From NCBI GenBank assembly GCA_965240325.2, contig CBDEKP020000005.1:1-37632 (forward strand): a DNA stretch of 37,632 bases. Direction: 5' to 3'. This DNA comes from Rebecca billardiae RCC1528 (lineage: Eukaryota; Protista; Haptophyta). The translations under genes and the position numbers were made by a program. Positions 1 to 11,580 of this stretch are shown here, one piece after another (the first letter of the stretch is position 1; each line of letters begins with the position of its first letter). Under the pieces are notes generated by a model, which worked only from the letters and a program-made list of their open reading frames with translations, did no database searches and had not been told where the DNA came from.

Positions 1-811
1 ACTCCGCCGCCGCCGCCACCGCGCCGCGCCGCGCCGCCTGCGCGAGCAGCGCGCGCGCCAGCTCATACGCGCCAAACTCCAGGGCGTCGTACGGCACGTC
101 CCGCCAGAGCACGGTGCGCCAGCCGGTGTAGAGCGCGGCGGGCTTGAAGCCGCCCTCGACGAGCAGCCGGCGCATCGCGCCGAGCGTGCTCGCGTCCGCG
201 CCCACCTGCACGCGCTTCTTGCCCGTCTCGAGCGGGAAGCGGAACAGCCAGTAGCACACGTCCGCAACGCCGGAGGCGAGCATGGTGGTGCCCGCGCCGT
301 GCGTGTCGGTGCGCGTGAGCTGGTGCGCGACCATCTCCATGGCGAACTTGACGCCCATGAAGCCGGCGGCGGCGGGGATGGCGGAGAGAACGACCGGCAC
401 GACCCCGACGAACGGGTTGCCCATGGCCAGCAGCGCGCGCCGCTGCCCCGGCAGCCTGGGCGCGCCCTTGGGCGTGACGGTGCGCACGACCGCCTGCTGC
501 CGCGCCTTGAGCGTGTCGATCGGGTAGAGGACGCCGTCCATCACGGCCTCGGCGATGCCGCCCGCGAGCATCTCGCGCGCGAGGCGGCGCATCGCGTCGC
601 GCCGCGCGTGTGCGCGCCCGTCGCCGCCGCCGCCGCTGCTGCCCTCGCCAGCCTTGCGCGGCGGCGATCGCGCGCCGCCCGTGTGCGCGCCGCGCCCGTG
701 CTCATAGACGTGCTCCTCGACGTCGAGGTGCGCGGGCACGCCCTTGTGCGAGGCGCTTCGGCCTGCCGAGGCGAGCACGAGCACCGCGACCAGCTGCGAG
801 TGCACCAGCAT
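1..811 (-). CDS. Mitochondrial carrier family (SLC25) protein, SAM-carrier-like; 3'-partial, runs off the window
   Basis: Hand translation from ATG at 811 (missing from the ORF track because there is no stop in the window): MLVHSQLVAVLVLASAG...LAGGIAEAVMDGVLYPIDTLKARQQ...LFRFPLETGKKRVQ...LYTGWRTVLWRDVPYDALEFGAYE. It contains two Px[D/E]xx[K/R]x[K/R] carrier signatures. Confidence 0.9.
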   Translation of the reverse strand, partial: MLVHSQLVAVLVLASAGRSASHKGVPAHLDVEEHVYEHGRGAHTGGARSPPRKAGEGSSGGGGDGRAHARRDAMRRLAREMLAGGIAEAVMDGVLYPIDTLKARQQAVVRTVTPKGAPRLPGQRRALLAMGNPFVGVVPVVLSAIPAAAGFMGVKFAMEMVAHQLTRTDTHGAGTTMLASGVADVCYWLFRFPLETGKKRVQVGADASTLGAMRRLLVEGGFKPAALYTGWRTVLWRDVPYDALEFGAYELARALLAQAARRGAVAAAAE

Positions 812-1330
812 CGCGATGACGAGCGATGATGCAGTTTTCCGGAGTAATGGCTCCGGAGTAATGGCGGCGAGGAGTCCGGCCAAGGTGGGCGGCTTTGCAC
901 AGCACACCGACGCGACCAATTCGAGAACGACGCGGTGCTGGTATTGCCGGAACTCGCCTGGCTTGCCTGCCGAGCATTAGACTGTCATCGTTGATGAATA
1001 CCAGTACGACGTTCCCGTCCCGATATATATTACCAGAATCCCTGAAAAGTCCAATGGGACGCGCACGTTCATACTGATTGGGATGAGATCGGGGAAGATC
1101 GCGCGTGCTCGCGTTCCAAGTCCCTGCGGCTCAGGTAACGGCTTACGCCCGCCAGGCGCGAAGCGCAATCAGGCTGCTGCCGGGATTCGGGAAGGGCGGC
1201 CTTTCTTTCGATTCGTCCCGATCTTGTGCGCGGCCAGATTTGGCTTGCGCCGCTGGTCACGCAGGCGGCTCATTGTCCTCCGCCCTCGCGCATGGCACGG
1301 CGCGCGCGCTGAATCGGGGCTCCAGAGCAC

Positions 1331-4300
1331 ATGGAGCACGAGCTGCCGAGCCACCCTGCCGTGCGAGCGGCGCGCGTGGGCTCGCTCGCCGATCTGCGCC
1401 GCGAGCTGGCCGGCGCGCGGCCCGAGTGCGCCGTGCGCTGCCTGCACGAGGCGGCGGCGGGCGGGCACACGCCCATCGTCACGTGGCTACTGACGCAGCG
1501 CGGCGTGGACGCGGCGGAGCGGAGCGCTGAGGGAGAGAGCGCGCTCCTCCTCGCGGCCGCCGGGCCGCACGCCGCCGTCGTGCGCACGCTCGTCCAGCAC
1601 GTGCGCGAGAAGAGCGGCGCGGCGGCGCTGCGAGTGCTCGTCGCCGCGCGCGACGCGTCGGGCTCGACCGCGCTGCACCGCGCGGTGAGCGCGCAGAGCG
1701 TCGAGGCGGTGAACGCGCTGCTCGAGTGCGGAGCCGACGCCAACGCCACCGACCACCTCGGCGCCACGCCGCTCCACGCTGCGCTGCGCGCGGGCAGCTC
1801 TGCTTGTGCGCGCGCGCTGCACGCCGCCGGCGCGGACATGCACCAGAAGGCGGCGGACGGCACGAGCCCGCTGCACGCGGCGGCGGTGACGGGGCACATG
1901 CAGCTGGCGCGCGAGCTCATGCGCGAGTCGCGCCGCGCGCGCTTCGGCGAGACCGCCCTCGCCGCGCGCACGCGCAGCGCGGCGCATCCGACAGCGGCGG
2001 CGGCTGGCGGCGCCGCCGCCGACGGCGCGCGGCTCGCGCCACCGCAGGCGCAGGCGCGCGGGCGCGCGCTGTCGGGTGCCGGCAGCGAGTGCTCTTTCGG
2101 CTCGTCCACCTCGCCCTCGCACGCCGCCGCCTCCGTGCCCACCTCGCCGGGCGCGCAGCAGCCGCTGCCGCCGCCGGCCGTCTCGACCGACGCCGCGGGT
2201 CTGGCACAGGGGAGCCATGCCGCCGCGGAGCAGCAGGCGGGCGCCGGCGTCTCGCCCTCGGGCAGCAGCACCCCCGGCAGCGGCTCGGCGCGCGCTCGCT
2301 CGCTGCGCGCAGCCGCCGCTGCCGCGGCGATCGAGCGCGACCGGCTTTCCCAGGAGCGCTCGGCTCGGCAGCAGCAGCCGCAGCGGCCGCAGCAGCCGCA
2401 GCAGCTGCCGCCGCAGCCGCAGGGCGCGCCCTGCGTCTCAGTCTCGCTCTTCTCGCAGGCCTCGGCTTCGGAGCGGGGCGGCGGCGGCGGCGCGGAGCCG
2501 CGCGGCGCAGCCGACGGCGCGCACGCGACACGCGCACACGCGCCCAATGGCTGCCGAGGTGCCGACGCGGGCGCGCGCGCGAGCGCCAAGCCCGCGGCGT
2601 CAGACGGAGCGGCGGCGGCGGCGGCCGCCGCCGCGGCGACGTCGCGAGCCGCGCCCGCGCGGGCCTACGAGCACGACACCGCCGAGTCGCGGGACCTCTC
2701 GCCCGACCGGCCGGCCGCGGGCGGCGCATCGAGCCCTGACAGAGCCGCGGACGCGGACGCGGACGCGGACGCTGAGTTGGCGGACGCGGGCGCGGACGCG
2801 GACGCGGACGCTGAGTTGGCTGACGCTGAGTTGGCTGACGCTGAGTTGGCGGACGCGTGGGCGGGGCGGACGCGCATCCCGAGGCTCTCGACGGGCGGCT
2901 CGGCGCAGGCGGCGCCGCCGGCCTCGCCGCACCACCACCACCCGGCAGCGCACGGGCACGGGAGCTCCGCTGAGTCCGGCAGCACGCGCTGGCGCCGCGC
3001 GGCGGGCGGAGGCGCCTCCGCCACTTTGGCCGCTGCTGCGCCCACGGCTGACTCGTCCGTGCGCACCGCCGTGTCGCGACTCAACGCCGGGGGCGCGGGC
3101 GGCGCGAGTGCGAGTGTCGAGCGGCGCGACGAGGCGGCGCGACCCACGGGCGCGTCGCGCCCCGCCGCCGCGCTGGCGGCCGGCGTTGTGCGCAACGGCG
3201 GCGGCGCCGAGCGCGCGCGGTGCGGCGCCGCCGCCGCCGCCGCGCCGCCCGACCCGCAGGGCGCGCGCGGCGCGCCCGGCCTCGCGCCGCCCAACGGGCG
3301 CGCGGGCGCGCGGTGCGGCGGCGGTGCGGACGGCGGCGGGGTCGGCTCGCCCGGCAGCGGCGCGTGCCTCTCGCCCGCCGCCTCCTCGCGCTCCGCGCGC
3401 TGCTCCGTCGCGAGCGCCGGCGGCGCGTCGGAGGCGCTGGAATCGGCGGCAGCGCTCGCCAACGCGCAAGGGCGGCGCATGAGCGAGCAGGGCCGGCGCA
3501 TGGCCGAGCTCGAGAGCGCGCTGCGGGAGCGCGAGCGCGGCGCGGAGCGCGCGGCGGCGGAGCACGCGGAGGCGCTGCGCGCGCTGCGCGCGGAGCTGGG
3601 CGCGGCCGAGCGCGCGCGCGCGGCTGCGGACGCGAGGGCGGCACAGGCTGAGGCGAAGGCGGCGGCGGCGGCGAGCGAGGCAGCGGCGCGCGGCCGCGCG
3701 GAGCGGCAGACGGCGTCGGCGCAGGCGGCGGGGGCTGCGGAGGCGAAGGCGGCGCGTGCGGCGGCCACGCAGCTCGCCGACGCGCGCGCGGAGGCGGACG
3801 CCGCCGTCCGCGCCGCCACCAGCGCGCGGGACCGCGCCGAGGCCTCCGCCTCGCGCGAGCGCGCGGCCGCGCGCGCCGAGAGTGCGGCCGCCACCGCTGC
3901 GCTGCTCGGCGCGCTCGCCGACGCCGATGCGGAGATCGTGCGCACCGCCGCCGAGCTCGACGCGCTCCGCGACGGCTCGGCGGCGTCGGCGTCGTCGGCG
4001 CTGCGCGCGCTCAAGGTCGAGCTGGTGACGGCGACCATCCGGAGCGACGACGAGCGCGCGGCGCGCGCGCAGGCGGAGCAGGAGGCGGCGGCGGCCGAGC
4101 GCGCGCGCCGCGCCGCGCTGCAGCGCGCTGCGGACGTCGAGGCGCGCTGCGCGGCGCTGGAGCCGGCGGTGGCGGCGGCGAGGCACGAGGCGGCGGGTGC
4201 GCGGGAGGACGCGGCGGGCGCGCGCGCGCCGCGCGCCGCGCGCACGGCCGACGCGTCGACACAGGCCGCCGCCATCTCGGCGGGGGCGCCGCGCGGCGAG

Positions 4301-5943
4301 GCCGCGACGCCGCCGCGCGCCGAGCGCGGCGCGCGCGCGGCGGCGCTCGGCGCGTGGGCGGCCGGGCGCGGCGCTACTCCTACCCCTACCCCTACTCCGC
4401 AGCCGCCGGCGCTGCAGCAGCAGCCGAGCCCGCAGAGCGGGCGCTCGTCGCTCACGCTCTCCGCGGCCGCGCGCTCCGCGCGCTCCTCGATGAGCCAGCC
4501 GGCACAGCTGCCGCCGTCGGCCGCGTGGCCGGAAGGACTAAACGTTGCGGGGCGGGAGGCGACGGCGCGCGCCGCGATCGCCGCCGCGATGGCGAGCACG
4601 GCCGAGGCGATGCGCGCGGCGCCCGGCGCGGTACGCGCGCGCGCGCACCCAATCCCCGCGCGAGCGCGCGGCGCGGCCGCGCCCGCCAGCTCCCGTGGTG
4701 AGTGACACGCTGCCGCCGCCGCCACGCGCGCGCGCGCGCGCGCGCGCCCGCAGCCGCAGCCGGCCGCGCTCGCGAGGCTGGCGCACCCGTCAGGGCTGGC
4801 TCGGGCGTCCACCGTGGAGGACCTCTGGAGCGGCGCGCGGTGCAAGCAGGTGCGCCACCCGCGCGTGCCCGCGCGGTGTGCGCCGCGCCTTGCGCGCCGC
4901 GCACGCGCGCCTCACCTGCGCGCCGCACGCGCCGCCGCGCCGCGCCGCGCCGTGCCGCCGCGCGCGCGCAGGGCATGGGCTCGGGATCCTCCTCAGCGAG
5001 CCCGCCGGCCGTGGGCCGCGCGCACACCGGCGGGCTGAGCCAGAGCGTGCCGCCGCGCCGCCGCTTCTCCCCGCCCGAGCTGCCGCCGCCGCCGCGCATC
5101 CCGGAGCCGCCCGCCGCGCGCCGCCTCAGCAACTACGGCGGCATGCGCAGGCACAGCACGCGTGATGTCTTGGAGAGGGTAGGCGGGGAGAGGGTAGGCG
5201 GGAGCGGCGGCGGCGCGGGCGACGGCGGCGCGGGCGGCGCGGGTGGCGCGGGCGGCGAGGGCACGCCGCCCTCGCCACGCGCCGCCGCGCCCGCCGCCGC
5301 CGCCGCCGCCGCAGCCAGCGGCGGCGGCGGCAGCGGCTTGGGTGCGCTCCCGGCCACGCTGCGCGCGGCGATGCGACGCAGCGCGTCCTGCGGCGGTGTG
5401 CTGCGCAGCAGCTGCCACAGCGATCGCTCGGTGACAATCTCCGACGAGGCGCCTTCCTCCATGCCGGCCTCGCCGCTGCACGACGACGCGGGCGGCGACG
5501 CGCCGGACGCGGGCGGCGGGAGCAACTCGCGGCTGAGCACGATGCGTGCCGCCGCCGCACTCTCGCGCTCCGCGATCCGCCGCTCCTCCAGCTCCTCCGG
5601 CTCGGCCGCCGGCTCGCGCGTCGGCGGGGCGTTCCAGTCGGCACTGCACGCGGTGCACACGCCGCGCGCCGCGCCGCGCATCCAGGTGCGGAGGGACCTG
5701 CGCCGCTACGAGGTGGAGCAGGTGCTGGGCGAGCGCGCGCCCGGCACAAAGTACCACGAGGTGCTCGTCAGGTTCAAGGGATTCGAGGCGAACGCCGCGC
5801 CGAGCTGGGAGCTCGTGCAGCTCATCGGCATGAGCGCCTCGCTCGTCGCCGCGCTCGGCCGCTACCGCACCGGCCAGCTCAACGCGCGCGGCGAGGGCGC
5901 GTACGCGCCGCCGCCGCTCGGCGGCGGGCCGCGCACGCACTGA
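1331..5943 (+). CDS. Ankyrin-repeat / coiled-coil / C-terminal chromodomain protein; proposed exons 1331-4630, 4754-4849, 4972-5943
   Basis: Ankyrin motifs (GESALLLAA, GSTALHRAV, GATPLHAAL, GTSPLHAAAVTG) at about 1430-1930 and an Ala/Glu/Arg coiled coil at about 3430-4200. Chromo-like YEVEQVLGER...VLVRFKGF...SWE starts at 5707. Two phase-0 GT-AG introns (4631-4753, 4850-4971) remove the TGA at 4703-4705 and join ORFs 1331..4705 and 4702..5943. The splice model is inferred. Confidence 0.8.
2745..2856 (+). repeat. Coding tandem repeats (GCGGAC and GACGCTGAGTTGGCT units) encoding ADADADAEL
   Basis: Visible directly in the DNA and the translation. Confidence 0.85.
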
Positions 5944-6744
5944 CGGAGGACGGGGGGGCCCACGGCCGGGCGCGCGCCGGAGCGCCTCGCCGCGAGAGCA
6001 GGCACGGTCCGGATGAGGTGCTGCCAGCGGCAGCATCAGCGCGATCAATCGTCATCACGTCACTTCATCATCTATTCATCAGCATTCGCGACTTCATCCT
6101 AAGACATCAGCCCGATCAGGGGCGGCGCGCCGCGACGCTTGCCGCGCCTCGCCGCGGTCACGGGAGTCAGCCCGGTCGCCGCCTTCGCGGGTAACGCTCA
6201 GTACACCGGTTTCAATTTATATTTATATTTCAATATTGGGTAACTACTATATATATAGAATACTCTTTTATTTAGTGACTCAGTCTTTCGGTAACGGCCG
6301 AGTACTAAACTGTATACTAAGCTTCAGTACTCACTAGTTACTTTGAGTACTAGCGCTTAGTACTACGATTCATTATATGGCCCGCGGTGCAGGGCGGAGC
6401 GCGTAGCGTGCAGCCCTCGCCGAGGGCCCTCACTACGTTGTCAAAAAGATCTTTTGATCAAAGAAAGGGGGACGGGGGACGATTTTAATAAGGGCTGTTG
6501 GAGGGTGAATTTTCGCTTTTTCGAGGGGTACATTGGCCCATTGCTCTGCATTAGCAAGACGCATTGACGAAATAAGCGCGCCCGCCAATTCGCCATATGT
6601 CGATGGACGGACGTGGGATCAGATACCCGGGGGTGAAACAAGTGAGTATTCCTCAGTGAGCCTATTTCCTGTCTTTCGTGTATGCTGGAGTACGAGTTTG
6701 CCGAGTGACGTTTGATTGTTTCGAGTCAAAAACTTGTTATAATA

Positions 6745-7040
6745 AGGATCCCAGCAAACCGTTTAATTGGAGCTACGGGAGCTACGACCTAATGGAGATC
6801 GCCGTAAACGCTATTATCTCGTTTGGTTTTGATTCTTGCCGAAGCAGAGATAACCGTGATCACTATCTATCTCCATTCGATCTTACGCGAAGGATCCCAG
6901 CAAAACCGTTAATTGGAGCTACGGGAGCTACGACCGCTAATGGAGATCGCCGTAAACGCGCGCTATTATCTCGTGTAGTTCTGATTATTGCCAAAACAAA
7001 GATAACCGTAATCGCTATCTATATCTCCATTCGATCTTAA
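6745..7040. repeat. Diverged tandem duplication, ~145-bp unit
   Basis: AAGGATCCCAGCAAA...TTAATTGGAGCTACGGGAGCTACGACC...TCTCCATTCGATCTTA occurs twice (from about 6745 and 6890). Confidence 0.85.
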
Positions 7041-7619
7041 TTTATGGGGGTACTCGATCAGGCTATTTGATTTTGAAGCGGTTGCTCAGGACTGGTGCTC
7101 GCACCGCAGATGGCGCGACGTGCCGCGTGGGCGGCGGAGGCGGCCGCCGCCGACGCCTCGCCCGGCGGCGGCGCGTGGCGTGGCACGCGGGTTCAGGCCA
7201 GGTGCCGCAGTGCATCCAGGACCGCCGCCGCGTCAGGACGGCGAGCGCACGGGCCGCGCCCGCCGCCGGGGCGTGCGGCCGCCAGTCAAACTCGGCGCGA
7301 ACCGCGGCAGTGAAGATGATCAACACAGCGAAGAAGCAGGTGGTGATCGAGGCGCTGGGCCTAGTGGGCCTGAACATGATGCTGCGCATCTTCTTGGGCC
7401 TGCCCGACGCGCACCCCACGCAGACGTCGCTTCTGGGCGAGTGGCACTCGCGACCCGTGACTGTTCCCGGTCGACTCGCTCGCACTTCGCAGGCCGTGCT
7501 CACTCAAGCTGGTCTTCGTCTACTGTCCTCCGCGTCGCGACGATGGGCTCGACGGAGCCGCACAACCTGCAGCTGCTGCAAGATTCATTCACGCACCCTG
7601 CGCGTGCGCTGCCCCGAGA

Positions 7620-7880
7620 CTCCGCGCCGCCGCCACCGCGCTGCGCGCCGCTCGCTGCCGCGGCGCGCAGGCCCGCTCCAGTCCGTGCCCGGCGGGCTCG
7701 CCGCGGAGCCGAGCGCGATGACGACCTCGACGTGTCAGTGGTCAGAGTCTGAGACGACTGACAAGTGACAGTCCCCGCCGCGCGCTGCGCGCGGCGCGCC
7801 GCGCGCTGCCGCGGCGCGCAGGCCCGCTCCAGTCCGACGCCGAGTGCCCGGGCCGGGGGCTCGCCGCGGAGCCGAGCGCG
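7620..7880. repeat. Diverged tandem duplication, ~150-bp period
   Basis: GCTGCCGCGGCGCGCAGGCCCGCTCCAGTCCG...GCTCGCCGCGGAGCCGAGCGCGAT...GACCTCGACGTG occurs twice. Confidence 0.8.
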
Positions 7881-8169
7881 ATCGGGCGACCTCGACGTGC
7901 ATGTCTTGGTGTGCGGTGGCTCCGTTTTATTGATTTCTCCGACGTTGACTGGCGCCCGCTCTCAGTGCCCGCTGTCCGGATCGGTCAATCATACTCTAAT
8001 AACTAGCTCGGTTCTAGGCCGCGCCGCCGCAGCGCCTCGATTGGCTGAAACACTGTGCCCTGGTGGGCGGGGCGGTCGGCGGGCCGTGCCAGTGCTGTCG
8101 CAATGTTTCCTCTGCGGGTTCGCGTCTTTCCACAGCACTCGCTCGTGGCCGGGTGACGGACAGTCGGAC

Positions 8170-8740
8170 CAGTGACACCTGTGGCTGTGAAGTTCTCCCA
8201 CGCCGGTGCGGTACGCGTTCGCGCGCATCAGCGAGGCCCACACCCACGAGGGAATGTGCAGCACGCGGGGCGGGGCGGGTAGCCCGTTGCTCCGCGCGAG
8301 CGCGGGTACGCGCTGTATGTGCCACATCTCGACCGCGATGGCGTAATCGAGCGCCTCGCCACCGACGAAGCCGCCAGAGTAGATCGTGTGCATGTCCTCC
8401 TGCCGCCAGCCGAGAGCGGTCGTCGCGAGGACGGTTGCCGATGTCCGCTCCGGGCATGATGGGCTCGGCGCAGGTCGCGTTGACATCGTACACGGCCGCC
8501 AGGCTGAGCACGAGCGCGTTGACGTTCACGCGGTCGTCGCTCTTCGCCTCTTCGACAGGTCTGGCGCCCGCGTGTTTGGCGGCACGAGGAGCTGTTGGTT
8601 GTGCGCGCGCGCGCGCACAGCGACAGCGTGTGCCACTCGCGATCGAGAGTGGGCACGAGCTGCTCACGCAGGCACACGAATCGCAGCGCATCCGTCACCG
8701 GCGTGACGACGTCCGCCTCGTCCCGCAGCGCCTGCGCCAT
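8170..8740 (-). pseudogene. Frameshifted gene fragment; distal part resembles the N-terminal region of Ulp1/SENP (C48) proteases
   Basis: Coding-like codons move across three minus-strand frames. QEDMHTIYSGGFVGGEALDYAI...RVLHIPSWVWASL parallels the C48 pattern DLxxLxxxxWLNDEVIDFY...VHxFxSFFYxKL. No catalytic His/Asp/Cys region is seen. Confidence 0.4.
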
Positions 8741-9552
8741 TGACGAGGATGGCGCGGCGATGTTGCATGCTCAACGTTTCATCTCTCTGCAGATGGCATC
8801 ACGGGCTTGTCTGTGTCGCGCTGCGGCGAGGGTCGCCAACTCGCGAAGACGCGGTTGCTGCCACGGCGACAGACCCGGGAGGTGCGTCTGCTGCGCGTCG
8901 TACGCCGTTGGCGCTGCGCTTCCGTCGCATTGGTCACCGTCGACGCCATGCAGGCCGGACGTGGGCTTCGGCTGAGGGACCGGACCGCGAGCGAGGACTG
9001 AGTCCGGTGCGCGGATTCCGGCGATCGAGTTCAGAAGGCCGCGCCGATTCTTGCGTCGCGTGCGATGGCGCTTCCCGCCCGCGAGACGCCTCGTGATGAG
9101 GGCTTTCTCGCACCGAGCCCGACGCGCGACGGTGGATCGCGCGAGGCGGCCATCGTGCGCAGCGCCTGATGTTATGGCCGGTGCGAGCGTTCGACGTGCA
9201 CGTCGGGCGAGGATCGCCCCAAGTCGCACGATCGTGTCGACGCGCCGAGCGTACCGCTCCAAACGGGTCGATTTAGCCCCCGTTCGACCTGCACGCGAGA
9301 CGACGAGGGCAGCAAACGCGAATCGGGCGAAAACACGTCTAGGGAATCCTCGCGCGATGTCCGCGCCGGCGTTGGATTTGGCGCGCGCCGCCCATGCGCT
9401 CCGCGCCATGGGCGAACCACTTTTCGGCCCAGCGTCCCCAGTGGGAGCTGCGAGGGCGCCCGGTAGTGAGCGAGGCGATTTTCTTTTCTTTGTAAGGCGA
9501 TTTTCTTTTTCCTTTTCTTTTTCTTAGCTTTTCCCCCGGGGGCACTACAAGG

Positions 9553-9583
9553 GGCGGACCTACGGCCCGCCATTCAGCTCTAG
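9553..9583 (+). mobile_element. Canonical Helitron 3' terminus; 5' end not located
   Basis: GC-rich hairpin GGCGGACC-TAC-GGCCCGCC (9553-9571, one mismatch), then CTAG at 9580-9583 followed by T. Confidence 0.55.
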
Positions 9584-10860
9584 TCGGCATAAACGGAAAC
9601 GGCACGGGCAGCTGACAGCTGTGAAAGTTCTACGACGCGCGGTCAATCCGAATCACTAGCTTAGTAATAGTAGCAACGGGCGCAGACGTAACTCACAACG
9701 ATTGCCGGGTGTCAGGAGCCTGGTATTAGTGTTACTCGAGGGACTGGTCGCAACCGCCTCCGGGGCTGGCCGTCACTCCCCGCTGGCGCCGGGCCGCGGC
9801 CCCCGGGGTCGCGGCGGACTAGGCTCCGCGCAGCCATTCCGATTTCCGGTCCGGGGCGTGGCGGCCCCGGGCTGCCATCGGCATCGCCATCGGCATCGGG
9901 CATCGCCATCGGCCCCGGCCGAGTTGCCGAGGCAAGCCGACGTGCCGCTGCGAGCCGGAGCCTTGACTCTTGAGGCTTGACGTGGCATGGCCCATGCGGC
10001 AGTAGTTAAATCGCCGGACTCGGGCCCGGTATCGCCATCGGCGATCCAGGGTCTCGCTCGGCCCCCGGGCCGCAGCCCGGGCCCGGAGTGGGCGGCAACT
10101 GAGTGAGTAGTGGCACTGCTCACAGGCGAACTGTCGGGTTGGCACCGACAGTCAGACTATAATAATATTAGATGACAGACAGCGTCGTATGACGATACAA
10201 TAAATACATAGTACTCTTAGTAGTAGCAGCCGACAGAGACTAGATAGCTAGAGTCGGCACCGCGGGCCCCTAACTACGTTGGTTCTACGAAACGGGACCG
10301 CGGAACGCGGTCATATTCATCACCGCCGCGCCGTCGGTCGAGCAGCGAGCCGTGCTGCCTGCCGCTGACGATGATATGCTGATTACATATATACTTATAT
10401 CATCATCATCAGCAGGTCATCGACGTCATCAGCGCTGCGTTTTTCCACGGGCCGGTCCGCCAGACCGCGAAACAATTCACGCATTTTCAGAGCGAGTCGC
10501 GGCTCCGCCTTCCCATTGGTCGGTTGGGGGGGGATCGAAAAATGAGCGGTCGCCAAAGTGAGACATATTATCTCAATACCATCAGGCGAAAGACTGGAAT
10601 CAGGAAGAAAACGAGCCAATGGTCATCCCGGAAGGCATGATGGCTTGGCCGCAATCTCCTTAGCATCTCAGCAATCTTCGCTCCTTTTTTGTGTCCTTCT
10701 CCACCTCCACGAGGCCTGGACGAGATCGCTTGCGAGCGGAAGGGCTTCGGGTCGAGACTCGAGTAGAGCGCGTCAAAGCGAAGGGGAGCCGCTGGCTCGC
10801 TGGCTCCGTGAGGTTCAAGGCAGCTAGCCGCCGACGCTGATGGCGAAGACGGCGGCTGGC

Positions 10861-11580
10861 CAAGGGCCGTAAGGGTACCCAACTCCCAGTAGTGCGGCCA
10901 GCTCGGAGGTTGAGGTGCCTCTGTCTGTCTCGTGGCCTCGCGACTCGCGTCCGGCCGGCGTGCTTCAAACGCTGCGCGAGGGCGCGACGTCGAGCGCTCT
11001 GCCTGGATGACTGGCGGCGATGCCGAACCCGGACGGCTCGCCGCTGAGCGGCGCGGGTCAAGGCTCTCCTGACACGCGCGTGAGTCCGCCAGGCTCGCCT
11101 CTTTCGCCTCTCGGCCCGTGCAATCGGCAGTTGCCAACGCGGCGCGCGAGCTCACTCGTGCCGTGCGCGCCAGCAGCAAACGGAGCGCTCGGGCTGCTTG
11201 CACCGGGCACGCAGGGGCAAGCGTGGGCGCCCGCCCGCACTTTGGCTTGTAGGCCCCTACGGGCAGCCTCCATGTCCGCCTGACTCACTTCCGTTCCCGG
11301 CGGTCGGCTGCTCGACTCGTCGCGCGTCCGGTGGCCTCAGCCGAGCTGCGCTCGGCTCGCCCCCACCTCCGCCTCCACCTCCGCCTCGCCATCAGCACTG
11401 TCCGCCTCGCCCGCCGCGCGCCGCCCGCCGCGCGCCGCCCGCCGCGGCGCCCCGTCATGCCCGCACCCTCGCCTCCCGCGTCTTCGGCGACGGGCCACTC
11501 ACCGCGGGCACTCACGGAGGCGAGCACAACAGAGGCGCCCCAACCTCCGCACTGGGAGTTGGGTGCCCTTACGGCCCTTG
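10861..11580. mobile_element. Non-autonomous TIR element (CAAGGG family, P-like), 720 bp
   Basis: TIRs CAAGGGCCGTAAGGG(T/C)ACCCAACTCCCAGT... of about 55-65 bp. Exact 7-bp TSD GGCTGGC at 10854-10860 and 11581-11587. Confidence 0.9.

Larger units (their letters stand above)
6378..10313 (+). mobile_element. Helentron/HINE-like non-autonomous element, copy 1 (3.9 kb) with cargo
   Basis: The 5' end TGGCCCGCGGTGCAGGG... is shared with copies 2 and 3 over roughly 200-240 bp. The 3' end has the inverted copy GCACCGCGGGCC (10257-10268) followed by the hairpin GACCGCG-GAA-CGCGGTC. Flanks are TA-rich. Ends are accurate to about 2 bp. Confidence 0.75.

Noticed and set aside
1270-6048. Long minus-strand ORFs (439, 528, 726, 351 aa) over the ankyrin gene, and similar overlapping ORFs elsewhere
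   Set aside because: Antisense or alternate-frame shadows caused by extreme GC content. They are Arg/Ala/Pro-rich with no motifs.
9543-9551. CACTACAAG as a CACTA transposon terminus
   Set aside because: No matching inverted end was found. The adjacent hairpin plus CTAG is better explained as a Helitron 3' end.
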